A stretch of DNA of 64,000 bases from the human T2T-CHM13v2.0 reference genome, Homo sapiens: NCBI RefSeq assembly GCF_009914755.1, contig NC_060937.1; one strand, written 5' to 3'. Under the pieces are notes generated by a model. The model made no database searches, was not told the DNA's origin, and saw nothing but the letters and a program-made list of their open reading frames with translations. This document shows positions 1 through 14,912 of this stretch, piece by piece. Position numbers and translations under genes: made by a program. Position 1 is the first letter of the stretch, and the number at the start of each line of letters is the position of its first letter.

Positions 1-283
<283 letters not shown>

Positions 284-469
284 AATAAATTCTTATGTAA
301 TATCTTAGAAGGCAATTTGTGCAAGACCAGTCGGGGGTGTTTGTGAGGCAGCTGGCAGTAGGGTGAAAAGGCGAGCTTAAGCAGGGATTGGGGAGGAGAG
401 GAAGGCAGCCATGAGGATGGCTGGAGCATCCATGGAGGAGAGGGCTCATGCAGAGGCCCTCGGTGGGAG

Positions 470-870
470 AGTGTCAGGCATGTTCAAGGAGCAGTAAGGA
501 TGATGGGAGGTGACAGAGGTCACAGGAGCCCTATCCTGGTGGGATCTGGGAGGCTTTGCTTTGAGGATGCTTGAGATGGGGAGTTGTCAGATGATTGGAG
601 CAGAGGAATCACAGGATCTGACTTACATGGCACACAGCTCCAACTGCGGTGCTGAGAAGAGATGAGGGTAGGACAGGCACATGGAGACCCACTGGGAGGT
701 GTGTAATAAACCAGGTGAGAGGTGCTGGTGGCTGGCACCAGGGTGGTAGGAGCAGAAGTGGTAAGAAGTGATTAGATTCTGGATGCATTCTGTAGGCAGA
801 AAAGGCTCTTCTGATGGAGTGTATGTGGGGTGTGAGTGAGAGGAGTCAAGGATGACTTGGTTATCTTGAG
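470..870 (-). mobile_element. L2 LINE fragment
   Basis: Purine-rich degenerate L2-type phrases (ccaggtgagaggtgctggtggc..., gattctggatgcattctg). Confidence 0.55.
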
Positions 871-877
871 ACTTCCA

Positions 878-1180
878 GTGGCTCACGCCTGTAATCCCGG
901 CACTTCGAGAGGCTGAGGCGAGCAGGTCGCTTGAGCTCAGGAATTCAAGACCAGCTTGGGCAACATAGTGAAACCTCGTCTCTACCAAAAATACAAAAAT
1001 CAGCTGGGCATGGCGGCTCACGCCTGTAGTCCTAGCTACTTGGGAGGCTGAGGTGGGAAGATAGCTTGAGCCTGGGAGTTGGAGATTTCCATGAACTGAG
1101 ATCGCGCCACTGCACTCCAGCCTGGGTGACAGAGCAAGACCCTGTCTCAAAAAAACAAACAAACAAAAAAGCCAAAAAAG
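878..1180 (+). mobile_element. Alu (AluJ-like)
   Basis: Alu dimer with A-rich tail; flanked by a degenerate duplication gatgacttgg...gagacttc. Confidence 0.92.
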
Positions 1181-4100
1181 GAATGACTTGGCTGTCATGA
1201 GACTTCAGGTTCTGGTCCCTGATCATAAGAACTCCTTCTTTCCCTGGGGTGTCCTCCCTGCTCACCAGGTCTGGTGTCCTCCTCTCAACCCCATCCACCA
1301 TCCCATCCTGGGTCTTGATTCCCATCCCAGTCCAGTTTAACTGTCACCTGGTAGACACCCCTTCTCTTCTTTCCATCCATGGTTATAATGAAAACTCTCC
1401 CCTGCTTCCCCCAGGGCTTCACTTTGAGCTCTGAAGGCTTATTTTGAAAGCAAAAAATTTATTTTCTTCCCTTTGCAGTCCCACTAAAGCATTCCTAATT
1501 CTCCTTGAGGCCACATGAATGCCTCTGACTGATTCAAAAGCGAGTCATAAAAAGGAAAGCATGATTGATTAATATTTCAAGGAAACATGTTATTTAGTTT
1601 ACTTTTTGTATGTTTCTTACCACTTAGAATCTGGGAAATCTCTGGTGTTAGAGCCAAAAGATAACCAAGAGAGACTCAGGGAGGTTAACCCAGGCCCAGG
1701 GAGGTGAACCAAGATCTAGGGAGCTAACTGAGGCCAGGAAGGTAAAACAATCCACAGGTTAGTTTGTTTAGCAACTGGGCTGCAAGTTTTTCACTCTTGG
1801 AGAAATGGTTCTTCCATGACAATAAACCTGGGATGACCTAATCTGTTTCTGGGCTTTTTATCTGGACTTTCTGTTTTCATTGGCCTTTTCTTCCTCCTCA
1901 TTATCTCCCTCCAGACAAGCTCTGCGGTTAAAGCCTCTTGGTTTCAGAGTTGATCCAGTTACATTATACATGAATAGCAGATGTGTTCCTAAAAGGCTCT
2001 GGGCTCACTTCGGGTCCTCTATGGTAAGCTGACCTTTTGGCAGGCCTTGGAGGGCGCATGCCTTCAGAAAGGGCAGCTGTCTTTTGCCTGCCTGTCCAAA
2101 CCCATGGCAGGTTCCTCCCAGCCTTCCCAGGGCAGACTGCTCTGCCTGCCCTCTCCTCCACACCCACAGGGGCTGTTTAGTGCATCCCCTCTGCCAGTCC
2201 TGGGCCTCCCCTTCAATAACAACAGTGTCTTCCCTGGCTCTGATGGGGTTTGAATCAATGTAAACAAATGTAGGCAGATTAGGCAGAATAGTGGGTTGGT
2301 GGAATGGAAAGGTTGGGACTGGGAACCCATGCCCACACTGCATAATTTGTGACCACTTTGGTTGTAGGAGTTCAAGCCCAAGCCCTACATCCCTGAGTCA
2401 GTTTGCTGCTTGTGTCCCTGGAAAGGATGCAAACTGTGGTTTGTTGGCCAGTTATGACTGTATCATAAATATATACTTACAAATGTAAGCCACAGTATTA
2501 AAATTTACACATTCACAGCATTATACAGCACACAAAAATGTCTCAGTTTGCAGATAGGGTCACTGAGGCTCAGAGAGATGAAGCAAGGTAGCTGTCCAAA
2601 GTCATAGGCAGTGAGAGACAGCTGGGGTTCACAATCAAAGCTCCCATGACCCCACAGCCCATTCTTTCCCCATTGCATTACCTGCCAAAGTCCCGTCAGT
2701 ATCTCTATATGAGGCATATTCCACATAAATCTCTGCTCCCAAGTCAATCACCAGGCTTGGCCTCTGCTCCCGGGGCATTAGTTACTAGCTTAACCCTCCC
2801 CAGTTGCTCCCCATGGTCTACAGAGGTTCCCTATATCGGATCTATTTACCCTTTTCTGAAGCTCTGATTGAGCACTGTAGGACATCCATCTCTGGCTCAG
2901 AGATCATTTGATTAATGACATAGTCTTCTGATGCTCCTTTGTTTCTGGTTCTGTCCTTTTGCAGAACATGACAGTTGGCATAAGGGTGGAAGTGAGGGAC
3001 TAGGAATCAAGCAGCTGGTCTGAGTCCTGGCTATGCATTGTGGTGTATGACCTTGGGACATTCCTGTACTTGGGTGCAATTTCCTAACCTATGGAACAGG
3101 GGGATTGGGAATAATCTATCTGGACTCTCCCAATTCTAAAATTCTGCGCTTGTCTTTAAAAAGGTAAGCAAGCAGACTAGACCCTAAAGCTAACAATACC
3201 TTCCTGAAAAAAAATACCCTCAAATCCATATCCAGTAGGGATGGCATTTGTGATCTGGGCGTTGGCATTCGTGAATGTGATTACAAGATTCTAATATAGT
3301 TGCTGCTAAAATTTCATCCGAAAATTTGAAGCAATGCATGCTGATAGACTCTAATCCCTAAAAGTCCTCTATGCAATATTTCGAATATATATTTTGTCAA
3401 AGATTTGATGCTCTCTGCTTAGGTATTTCTAACAAGCACTCTCATCAAACAAATCTCTTTGAAAATGCATTAGATAACACGGTTCCTTCAATTCCATATC
3501 TTCCTTTCTGTCTAAACTGAAAAAGCCAGTTCACGTTATTAATGACAAGTCATTTTGCAGAGTGCCCGGGTTAATAGAAGAGATAACTGGCAAAATAAAA
3601 ATGTGTAATACTAACATGCTGAAGATAAAACAGAGGTCTGATGTGAATGCATAATGTGGAGAATGGGAGGAAAAGTCACTGGCTGGTGCGGAATTCTAGC
3701 AGAATGAACAGGACAGCTGTGGCCACCAGCTGGTCCGCTGGTTTCCCAACTTGCTACGTTTCTGCCCTGCTTTTCTCCCAACTAACCTTGTTGAACCCAA
3801 ATCCTAGAAGTTTAGAGTTAAAAAAAAAAAGGCCTTTAGGGAAATCTGAGGGTGAGGAAACTGAAGCCCAGGCATGGGGGGAGCTCATCTAAAGAAACCC
3901 AGCCAGTTAGAGGCAAAGGTGGCTCAGGAACCCGTGTTTACTACCATTTTGGTGCTTTGCCCATGATTCTACGATTCCAGGTGCCTGCTCCTGTCTTCCC
4001 CACATCAACCTAGGCCAGGGAGAAGGAATAGAGATATAGCAAATAAAATTCAGGGGACAGTTGATTCTAATTCCACCTGTACCCTTGCCTAGTTATATGG

Positions 4101-4325
4101 CTTTGGGAAAATCACTTCTCCTCTCTGTGCCTCAAACTCCCCCACTGTAAAATGAGCTGATACAGGTAGAACCCTTTGCACTCTCATGAATGTCCAAAAA
4201 AGTTAGTGATGGTTGTTCATATTTGGTGATTTTTTGTTTTTAGTTATACAGTCCCTGTCTGGAAGCAGAAGACAGGATTGGAGGACCTCTTGAAGTCATA
4301 TCTTGCTTAAGAATTGTGTGTTTTC

Positions 4326-4627
4326 GGTTGGGTGTGGTGGCTCATGCCTGTAATCCTAGCACTTTGGGAGGCTGAGGTGGGTGGATCATGAGGTCAGGAG
4401 TTTGAGACCAGCATGACCAGCATGGTGAAACCCTGTCTCTACTAAAATACAAAAATTAGCCAGGCATGGTGGCGTGCGCCTGTAATCCCTGTACTCAGGA
4501 GGCTGAGGCAGGAGAATCTCTTGAACCCAGGAGGCGGAGGTTGCAGTAAGCCGAGATCGTGCCACTGCACTCCAGTCTGGGAGATAGAGCAAGACCCTGT
4601 CTCAAAAAAAAAAAAAAAAAAAAAAAA
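4326..4627 (+). mobile_element. Alu (AluS-like)
   Basis: Full dimer, poly-A, TSD aat(t/c)gtgtgttttc. Confidence 0.95.
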
Positions 4628-4926
4628 TCGTGTGTTTTCTTGATCGTCCTCAAGTTCAGAATCAGAAGGAAAAGTTGGCTGTTCTCTGTGTTCATTGAGC
4701 ATTAAGACAAGAGGAAAGGCAGTTCAAAGATAGCTGAGGCCACTGTGGTGGATTCCTTGAAGAGTGTGGAATCTCCTTAGGTGGTAAATTTGATGCAGAG
4801 CCTGGGACCAGCAGCATTTATTTGTAAATGGTACAGAGATGGAGAGCAACCCTAAGCGACCCTGGTACTCTTTCCACTATAAGGAGTTGGGGATTTCCTC
4901 TGCAAATTTTTGATGAGTTGGTCTCA

Positions 4927-5693
<767 letters not shown>

Positions 5694-5729
5694 GAGAGAG
5701 CTGGGACTTTGCAATCAGGCATGCATACC

Positions 5730-5900
5730 TGGTTTTCAGCCGTGTGAACCTGGATAGGTGACCTCATCTCCTGAAACCTCAGTTTCTGCATCTATAAAAT
5801 TGGGGAAGTATCAGTTCCTTCTTTATAGGGTTGGAATAAGAATTGATGAGGTAATACATATAATGTGCTTAACACATTGTCTGGAACATAGTATTTAATT
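5730..5900. mobile_element. MIR fragment
   Basis: MIR core phrase cctcagtttctgcatctataaaattgggga. Confidence 0.6.
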
Positions 5901-7492
5901 AATGCTAATTATGATTAACTTTTTAAAAAGTGGTTTAGAAAAGCTAATTAATGCCTCACTTAATTACAACCCTTAGACATTAAAAACATTTAAAAATGCC
6001 TCAGCATAGATATTCAGTGGGAAGACTTTTGTCTGTTACTTCTCAGTTAACCCTCCTGGCATTTAAATAGTGAGCGTGTGTTGAGGTGCAGGCATCCATT
6101 CTCATTTAACAAAGCCCTTTTGAATGGGTAGTTCCTTGAGGTGGCTCTAGGAGAAAGCCCTATCGTGTGTCTAAATGACCTACATTATTTGGAAAAACAA
6201 ACAAAGCTGGATTGATCTGAGTTGATTGCTTTCAGAAACAACAAATTGGCTAGATTCAACGATTTCCTCCTTTCCTTCACCAGCCAATTTTTGGGTAGAT
6301 ATAGCTTCATTATAAAATCTGACCAAGCTTGACTCTATATAATTCAATCTCAAAGTATAAACAATCTGGAATGTTTTGTGGAAGACCTTGAATGATTTCT
6401 GAGCAGGAGATGGAAGCCTGAAGAATCAGAGAGTGAATGCATTCAGGTTTTCAGTGGCACGTGACCTTGATTAGCACACAGTAACAAACCAATTGGTGTC
6501 TCCTGAAACTGACCCCTCTCCCTTGGTTGATGAGTTTGATCCATGCTATTGTCTCTGGAAGGGTACTGGAAGAAACCTCAGGGATGAGAGGAACCTAACC
6601 TCTCATTCTGTAGATGAGGAAGCTGAGATCTAATGAGTTTGCATGACCAGCATCTATTACTCTACAATATTTTCCTCTTGGTTCCAACGCCATGCTCCAT
6701 TTTCTTCAAGCAAGGGCTATTGGGGGAAATTTTCAATCATTTTCCAGTTTCCATGTTATTCACAATAAAACACAAGTTATCTTTATTAAAAATGTAAAAG
6801 TGTCAGCTTTTTAGATCTGGGTGTATCCATTTGTTTCCCTGGGAGACAGTGGGGAAGAGGCACAGTGCCTGGGGGTCGGGGCCTGGGAGGGTGGTGCCAA
6901 TGGGGAGGGTGAAGAAGACCTTCACTGCCACCTTGTGGTCACCTGGGACCAAACAGGGTCATTCCTTGGGAACCTCTCTCTGTCTAGCTTCTTTGGCTGC
7001 TTGCCTGAGATCTTTATCAGTGCAGTCAGCATTGCGTCAATGAAGCTTTTGTTATAATTTCTCTTCCATTGCATTTTCAGTTTCTTTAGCCCAGGGAAGG
7101 GGAAGTTGTTGAAAGCTAGCAAAATTCTGTATGTTGAAAAAACATCTGCAGGGAGGAAGAGGTCAGAATCCAGGAAAGGCTCTTAAGAAGAAATGTTTAC
7201 GAGCTTTGCAAGATCCTTGTCTCATCTTATAGCATCTCTCCACAAGAGCAGAGATTATGGGACAAAAGTCAGGCCTGAGTTGGCACCTGTCATTATTATT
7301 ACTTGGTCAATTGAGGAAGTTAGGATAGATGAGGATTCATTTATTATCTCATTTATTGGCCTTATTTGCAGTCCAATTTAGTTCTCACGTCACATTCTGA
7401 TAGTCTCAGATTCAATAGCATCAGTTGAAATACTAACAATATTTTTCAGTGCAAAAGAATGACTTTCAAAGTATATATTATGGAAAGGATTA

Positions 7493-7583
7493 TAATAAAT
7501 TAAATGCCTAAACTGGCAGAGTGCAAACAATTTTGACTCAGATCTAAATGTTTGCACTGGCTGTTTAAACATTTAATTTGTTA
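7493..7583 (+). ncRNA. MIR759: microRNA precursor hairpin mir-759 (mature GCAGAGUGCAAACAAUUUUGAC at 7516-7537)
   Basis: 91-nt fold-back: TAATAAATTAAATG pairs with CATTTAATTTGTTA, and GTGCAAACA pairs with TGTTTGCAC. The sequence matches my recollection of hsa-mir-759. Confidence 0.85.
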
Positions 7584-7991
7584 GAATGGAAGTAGCGGCA
7601 CAGAATAAGCATGTTAATTAAACTTGGGCTTTAGCAATGTGAGTCATCCCACGGACACAGAGCGTGACAAACCCGGATGGCAAAAGTCAATGTGCGTTGA
7701 TTTCTCATTCTCCAAATGAACACTTAACATCTTTAAACCCTGCAGACATTAGTGGTTTTTAATGAATTGTTCTGTCTCTTTGAGGTGACTTTTAGATGAT
7801 GCCATAGTACTTTTAGTCTGGGAAACAACTTTGCCAATTAAGTTGCAGGGAAGTTATCACCGCAGAAAATTGATTAAAATGATTATATGGCGAATCTGTT
7901 CCATGCTTTTACATTAAAAAATAGAAAAATGTAAAGAAGAGGTATAAAAACAAAACCTTGAAATACCAGTTTATCGAAAACAAAAAATCTC

Positions 7992-8045
7992 CATCATCAC
8001 CATCATATTACCATCACCACTGCCACCACCGCCACCATCATCACA
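7992..8045. repeat. Imperfect (CAC/CAT)n microsatellite
   Basis: catcatcaccatcat...ccaccaccgccaccatcatcac. Confidence 0.8.
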
Positions 8046-10979
8046 TCTTTTGGGGCTATGGAATATCTAGGCCCAGATTTCCTGTCTGGCCCTGGTTCTA
8101 CGTGGTAGAGTTATGGTAACATGATGCTGGTTAAGTCACTTGTCTCCTCTAAGCTTCAGGTTCCTCATTTGTAAAATGAGGGCCTTTTTATTGGTTAGGG
8201 TAAGGCTAAGCTGATGCAGCAAAGAGGCCCCCAAATAGCATGATTTACATCAGCTAATAGTTCATTGCTTCTTAGAAGTAACCCAGTTGTTTCAGGCTGG
8301 CAGGGGAGCACTTGGCTCCCTTACTCAAAAATCTTTGGTGACTCCTTACTGCCTGCAGAACTCAATTCAAGGTCCTTCACAACCTGACCTCAACCTACAC
8401 TTCCAACTTAGTCACTCATAGCCTTTCTACTTCCATCTGTGTCTTTTCTGTCCTGTTCCCTCTGCCTAGAATTCTCTTTTCTCCTTCACCTATTGACATT
8501 GTATGCATTCTACATGGCCTAGCTCAGAGGCTGCCTCCTTCATGAAGCCTTGTAATTCCCTGCCTCTTGCCCCTTTTGATTACCTTTTATAACACTCATT
8601 ATTTCTTCCTCTGCCTTCGCATATCTTTGCCTCCTTTATAGTATCAAATTCCATTTGCCTTATAATTAAATCAGTTATTTATGCAAATAGGTTTTATGTT
8701 TCTGGAGGCAACAGACTGCATATTATTTATCTTTGTTCCCCAACTTCTCTATCCTTCCTTGCCTTGCCCAATATCCAGCATTGTTGCTTGCCCAATAAAT
8801 GTATGTTGAACTGAACGGAGTAAAAAAAGTTGTTACAGATAAAAAAAACTCAGTCATCAAAATAGCAACCATTTGTTAACTCAAGGGGCCAATTAGTCAA
8901 TGAGCTATTCTTTGGAAAATTCCAGATGTGAATTAAAACAGTTCCAATTAAACTCATATCCTGTGCTGGACCCAGAATAGCATACAGAAATACTCCTTGG
9001 GCCTACATCCACATAGAATAGTGTGCCGCTCATGTTTGTTAGGAAGAACATGATTCCTGAGACTGCTATTATTTTTCTTAAAGCCTTTGTCCATGAGCCA
9101 TGTGAAAAAAAATTGCATATTTGCCTTGGATGTAAGTCCATGGATGTTGTATATCATATGCTTTAAGTCTATCTCCATTTGTGGAATTTCTCTCTTCATT
9201 CTACCCCATTTTAGTGACATCAGAATCTAAGAATTCGTTGTCTGAAGGAGTCTCATTTCAAATAGTAACCTAGCTCATGGGATCAAGTGCAGGGAGCTCA
9301 GAGCTTCGAGCCCTATCTGGGTTTACTGCACAGTTGGGAAAACTCGTCTACTTTCCTCAAACCTCACTCTTCTCATTTGTAAATGGAACAGCTACAACCT
9401 CCTCCTTCTCACAAGGCTGTTTGCACAAATGATGGCAGCTCATTAGTGAAGTGCTTTGAAAAGATGGTGTGGAATCCTGCAGGGTGCTGTTGAGAGGCTA
9501 ACCTCCAGGCTTTTATGAGAATGGATATTAAAAACATGCATCTGCTTGTTCCAGTCACTGGGTGCACATGAACAGTCCCTTAGTTGTATTTATCAGACTC
9601 GTTTTTTCCTGAAGAAAGAAATTAAATTTGTTTTTTCAAATTTTACAAATATAACCACGAGTTAGTCTGCTTGAATGAATTTCAAATCATAATTTAGATA
9701 ATGTCAAGATGGCAATAAAACTTATGAAATAGAGCAAGGGTGGTGAAGAGAGAAAGCAGGAGGGAGACATTGAGATGACTCCACCTTTCTGCCCGGCAAT
9801 TTTCTTTTTCTTTTCTTCCCCCTCTATGCCTTTCCATTCCCTTGTGCACATAAACGTTTCTGCTCCTCTTCATTTAAATGAATCTGGCCAGGTGGCATTA
9901 ATGCTTGTAAAAGTAAATGGAAACTGCAAAGACAGATGTAGAGTCTGTCACCCAGTTCAGGAATTTTCAATTCTTTGTAACTGTCATCTTACAACTCACC
10001 TAGGATTGAAATTAGTTGAGCCCAAAATGGTGAAGTTGAGGACGTCTGAGTGTGGCACCCACGACTTTCCCTCCTCACCATATTTTCCCATTTGATTCAT
10101 TTATTCCAACTGGAGTTCCTGCCAGGTTCCACTCTTATACCAGTCTATGTGCAGTGAGAACTCAAATATGAATAGGGCCAGTCTCTGCTTATAAGGAACC
10201 TGTTTACCAGGAAACAGTGTTTCAGGAAGACAAGATTTAAGCCCAAGTATTAAATGGAAATGGTACAATTTTAAGAGTAGGAGGAGTTTAGAGAACGCAA
10301 AGGGCTTTTGGGGTGTCTCAGAAATGATACCCCATGGCTTATGCTGCTGGTGTGTAACACATGACCTAATTGTAAGAAAGAATTTATCATCTCCATATAC
10401 CAAGGGGAAGGCCTTGGGAATAAGGTCAAATAGTCCCTCCCTCAGTACACGCACACACACAACACACACACGAAGAGGTGAGAAATAACAATTTACACTT
10501 GCCTTCATCAGGGGCTGTTTGGCCACAATTTGCTCAAGTTGGTTTAGGCAAAAAGAAAAATTTGTCTCACAGAGTCCAGGGGCAGAGACAACAGTGGGGC
10601 TCCCATGGGGCTGAATGGGGCTCAGTTCCTGAACTGAAAGCCACCAAGAGGCCTCAGGGTCCTGCTTCCCTCTGTCAGCTTATTTTTCTCTTCTCGGCTG
10701 AGTGGTTTTCTTAAGTCACACATGCACCAAGCATTTCTGCCTCTTCCCTGATCTTCAGAGAATCCCAGAATCCCCAAGCCAAATTCCCCCAATAAGCAAT
10801 TCTGATTGACCAATAGGATTATTCTAAAGATGGTTATTTGACCAAATTGGTCCAATCAGGTGGCCTCTTTTAGATCAATTATCTTTGGCCAGAGGTTTCA
10901 GCAGAAGGCTGGGAAAGCCGTTTCTTGAGAAGAGAATGTGTAGAGAACACAGAAGTGAGATCTCTGGTTCAACATTTAA

Positions 10980-11399
<420 letters not shown>

Positions 11400-11676
11400 C
11401 TACTTCTTAATAACACTATGGTTTAAGTAAGTTTAACAAATAGAGGCTGATGTAAGAAATGTTTCTCTCCTGGAGCCTACAATTTAGTCGGGAAGACAGA
11501 TAAAAACAAAAACAAACAAAAATACCCAACAGTAAACAAAATAATTACAAGTTGTGTTAAGCGAGGAAACAGAATATTGAATTAGAAAATATGGGTGGGA
11601 AAGGAGGGAACCTATTTTAGATGCAGTTACAGGAGCCACTGTTCCAGGGAGTTGACTTCTTCCTAGAGTATGAAAG

Positions 11677-13224
11677 TGTGTCCAGAATTGGTGGGTTATT
11701 GGTCTCACTGACTTCAAGAATGAAGTCGAGAACCCTTGCGGTGAGTGTTACAGTTCTTAAAGGCGGTGTGTCTGGAGTTTGTTCCTTCTGATGTTTAGAT
11801 GTGTTCAGAGTTTCTTCCTTTTGGTGGGTTGGTGGTCTCGCTGGCTCAGGAGTGAAGCTGCAGACCTTCACAGTGAGTGTTACAGCTCTTAAGGCAGCGT
11901 GTCTGGAGTTGTTCATTTCTCCCCGTGGGTTCGTGATCTCACTGGCTTCAAGAGTGAAGCTGCAGACCTTTGCAATGAGTATTACAGCTCATAAAGGCAG
12001 TGTGGACCCACACAGCGGGCAGCAGCAAGATTTATTGCAAAAAGCGAAAGAACAAAGATTCCACAGGGTGGAAATGGACCCCAGCTGGTTGCCACTGCTA
12101 GGTCGGGCACCCTGCTTTTACTCTTATCTGGCCCCACCCACATCCTGCTGATTGGTCCATTTTACAGAGAGCCGATTGGTCTGTTTTACAGAGAGCTGAT
12201 TTGTCCATTTTGACAGGGTGCTGACTGGTGCCTTTACAATACCTGAGCTAGACACAAAAGTTCTCCAAGTCCCCACTAGATTAGGTAGATACAGAGTGTC
12301 CATTGGTATATTTACAAACCCTGAGCTAGACATAGAGTGCTGATTGGTGCATTTACAAACCTTGAGCTAGATACAGAGTGCCAATTGGTGCATTCACAAT
12401 CCCTTAGCTAGACATAAAGTTTCTTCAAGTCCCTACCAGATTAACTAGATACAGAGTGCTGATTGGTGCATTCACAAACCCTGAGCTAGACACAGGGTGC
12501 TGATTGGTGTGTTAACAAACCTTGAGCTAGATACAGAGTGCTGATTGGTGTATTTACAATCCCTAGCTAAATTTACAATTTAGCTAGACATAAAGACTCT
12601 CCAAGTCCCCACCACACTCAGGATCCCAGTTGGCTTCACCCAGTGGAACCCGCACCAGGCGGCAGGTGGAGCTGCCTGCCAGTTCCGGGGCATGCGCCCG
12701 CACTCCTCAGCTCTTGGGCGGTCGATGGGACTGGGCGCTGTGGAGCAGGTAGCGGAGCTCCTCCGGGAGGCTCGGGCTGCCCAGGAGCCGGCGGCGGGGG
12801 TGGGGGGGCAGGCTCAGGCATGGCGGGCCTCAGGTCCTAAGCCCTGCCCCTCAGGGAGGCAGCTAAGGCCCGGCGAGAAATCGAGCACAGCAGCTGGTGG
12901 CCAAGGTACTAAGCCTCTCACTGCCCAGGGCTTGTGGGCCGGCCGCCACTCTGAGGGCGGGGCCGCCAAGCCCACGCCCACCCGGAACTCGCCCTGGCCC
13001 GCAAGCGCTGCGGGCAGCCCCGGTTCCCGCCCGAGCCTCTCCTTCCACACCTCCCGGCAAGCTGAGGGAGCTGGCTCCGGCCTTGGCCAGCCCAGAAAGG
13101 GGCTCCCACAGTGCAGCGGTGGGCTGAAGGGATCCTCAAGCACGGCCAGAGTGGGCACCAAGGCCGAGGAGGCGCCCAGAGCGAGCGAGGGCTGCAAGGG
13201 CTGCCAGCACGCTGTCACCTCTCA
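11677..13224 (-). mobile_element. LTR12 (ERV9) solo LTR, LTR12C-like, ~1.55 kb
   Basis: Minus-strand ends TGAGAGGTGACAGCGTGCTGGCAG ... CCAATTCTGGACACA. Contains ~41-bp tandem repeats carrying ATTGG (CCAAT) at ~12150-12600 and a CpG-rich U3. Confidence 0.92.
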
Positions 13225-13283
13225 AAGAGACCCATTATGAAAAAGGTAGTGGGGAGGATGTACTTAAAAAAAAAAAGTATCTC

Positions 13284-13617
<334 letters not shown>

Positions 13618-14152
13618 TCACATCACTCTTATATGTAAATTAAATTCTAGCAAACCGATGCCTTTGTAGTGCTACTTGGGGAGTTCAATATATAAAATAA
13701 ATTTATGCGTGCTTTGGAACACAGCTTTCTTTCTCTCCAATTTCCTCAATGCAGTAAAAGGAGATTAAAAATCAGAAATTGAGAAAAATTCCTCAAATGA
13801 ATGAGATTGGAAGGAGCTAAGAAAACCTTCGTACAAAACCCACCTAGAAGAAGACTACTGTGAAGTAAGAGTAGAAGGAGAGAAACTCTGAGCTCAACTT
13901 CAGCATATGCAGTAAAGAAGAGTCCTGGGGCAGCTGTTAGGAAATTAACGAGAGCTGCGTTCAGACTAGAAAGGCAAGTTGCAACTCTTATTAAACCTCT
14001 GGCCAAACAGCGAGGCTGGTAAAACACACAGGAGAGGAAACAGTCCAGCAGGAGAGGGCCTCTGAAGTGACTGGAGGGCTTAGGAGGGAAATAACCAAGG
14101 TGCCCTCGAGGAAATTTCAGACTTCATAAAAGATAGAAAGAGGAGAGAAATA

Positions 14153-14198
14153 GGCCAGGCATGGTGGCTCACGCCTGAAATCCTAGCACTTTGAGAGG
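14153..14198 (+). mobile_element. Truncated Alu 5' fragment (~45 bp)
   Basis: ggccaggcatggtggctcacgcctgaaatcctagcactttg, then an abrupt end. Confidence 0.75.
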
Positions 14199-14912
14199 AG
14201 TTATTCACTAGGGAACCAATTGTAGTTCTTTCTAATCCTCTTTCCCTCCAAACCTGCTTTGCTGAAAGCTGCAGGAAAGGAAGTGTGTGACAAAAAATGG
14301 AAAACTTCAGTGTGGATCAGATGATGTCAACCCACAGTCGATTCATGTTAGTTTGTCATGTGGAAGCAGTGATTTTAAGACCGACTGATTAAAAACAAAT
14401 ATTCCTAAGTGTATCTGGGAGATGCAGTTTATTTGTTAATTAAAAAGCTTTTTTCTCAGTCTCTTAAATTATGGCTTTCACGTAATAAGAATATTTTTAG
14501 TGAAAAGTTATTTTCCTTTCAAGTCACAGACCTTTTAAAAAGACTTAATTTGAACAAGTACTTTCATTTGGCACTTCTCCTGTTTCTAAACTTAGGAAAT
14601 CCATAATAACATTTGACAGAAACTATGTTTTCAATTTATCTTTGACATCTGTCCCACTCCATTTTGCTTTGTGACTTCTTTATTCAATAATAAATTATCT
14701 TAGAAAAAAAAGAATGTAGAGCAAAACTACAAGGAGATGAAAAATATAAGAAATGTTAATACAAAAAGGATCAGTCCAGGAAGGCCCAAAACACCAATTG
14801 AACAGGAATTCCAGAGTCAGAGAACAGAGTCAGAGGCAGGAAGGAGATAATGGAGGAAATATTTCTTCAAGCTAAAGAGAGACAAAAATCATTTATTTAA
14901 AAGGAGCCATTG

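Noticed and set aside
12150-12600. ~41-bp repeats superficially like a CRISPR array
   Set aside because: Tandem U3 enhancer repeats of LTR12 with no unique spacers, in a eukaryotic context.
11673-13228. Target-site duplication for the left LTR12
   Set aside because: Flanks AAAG and AAGA do not match exactly, so no TSD is claimed.
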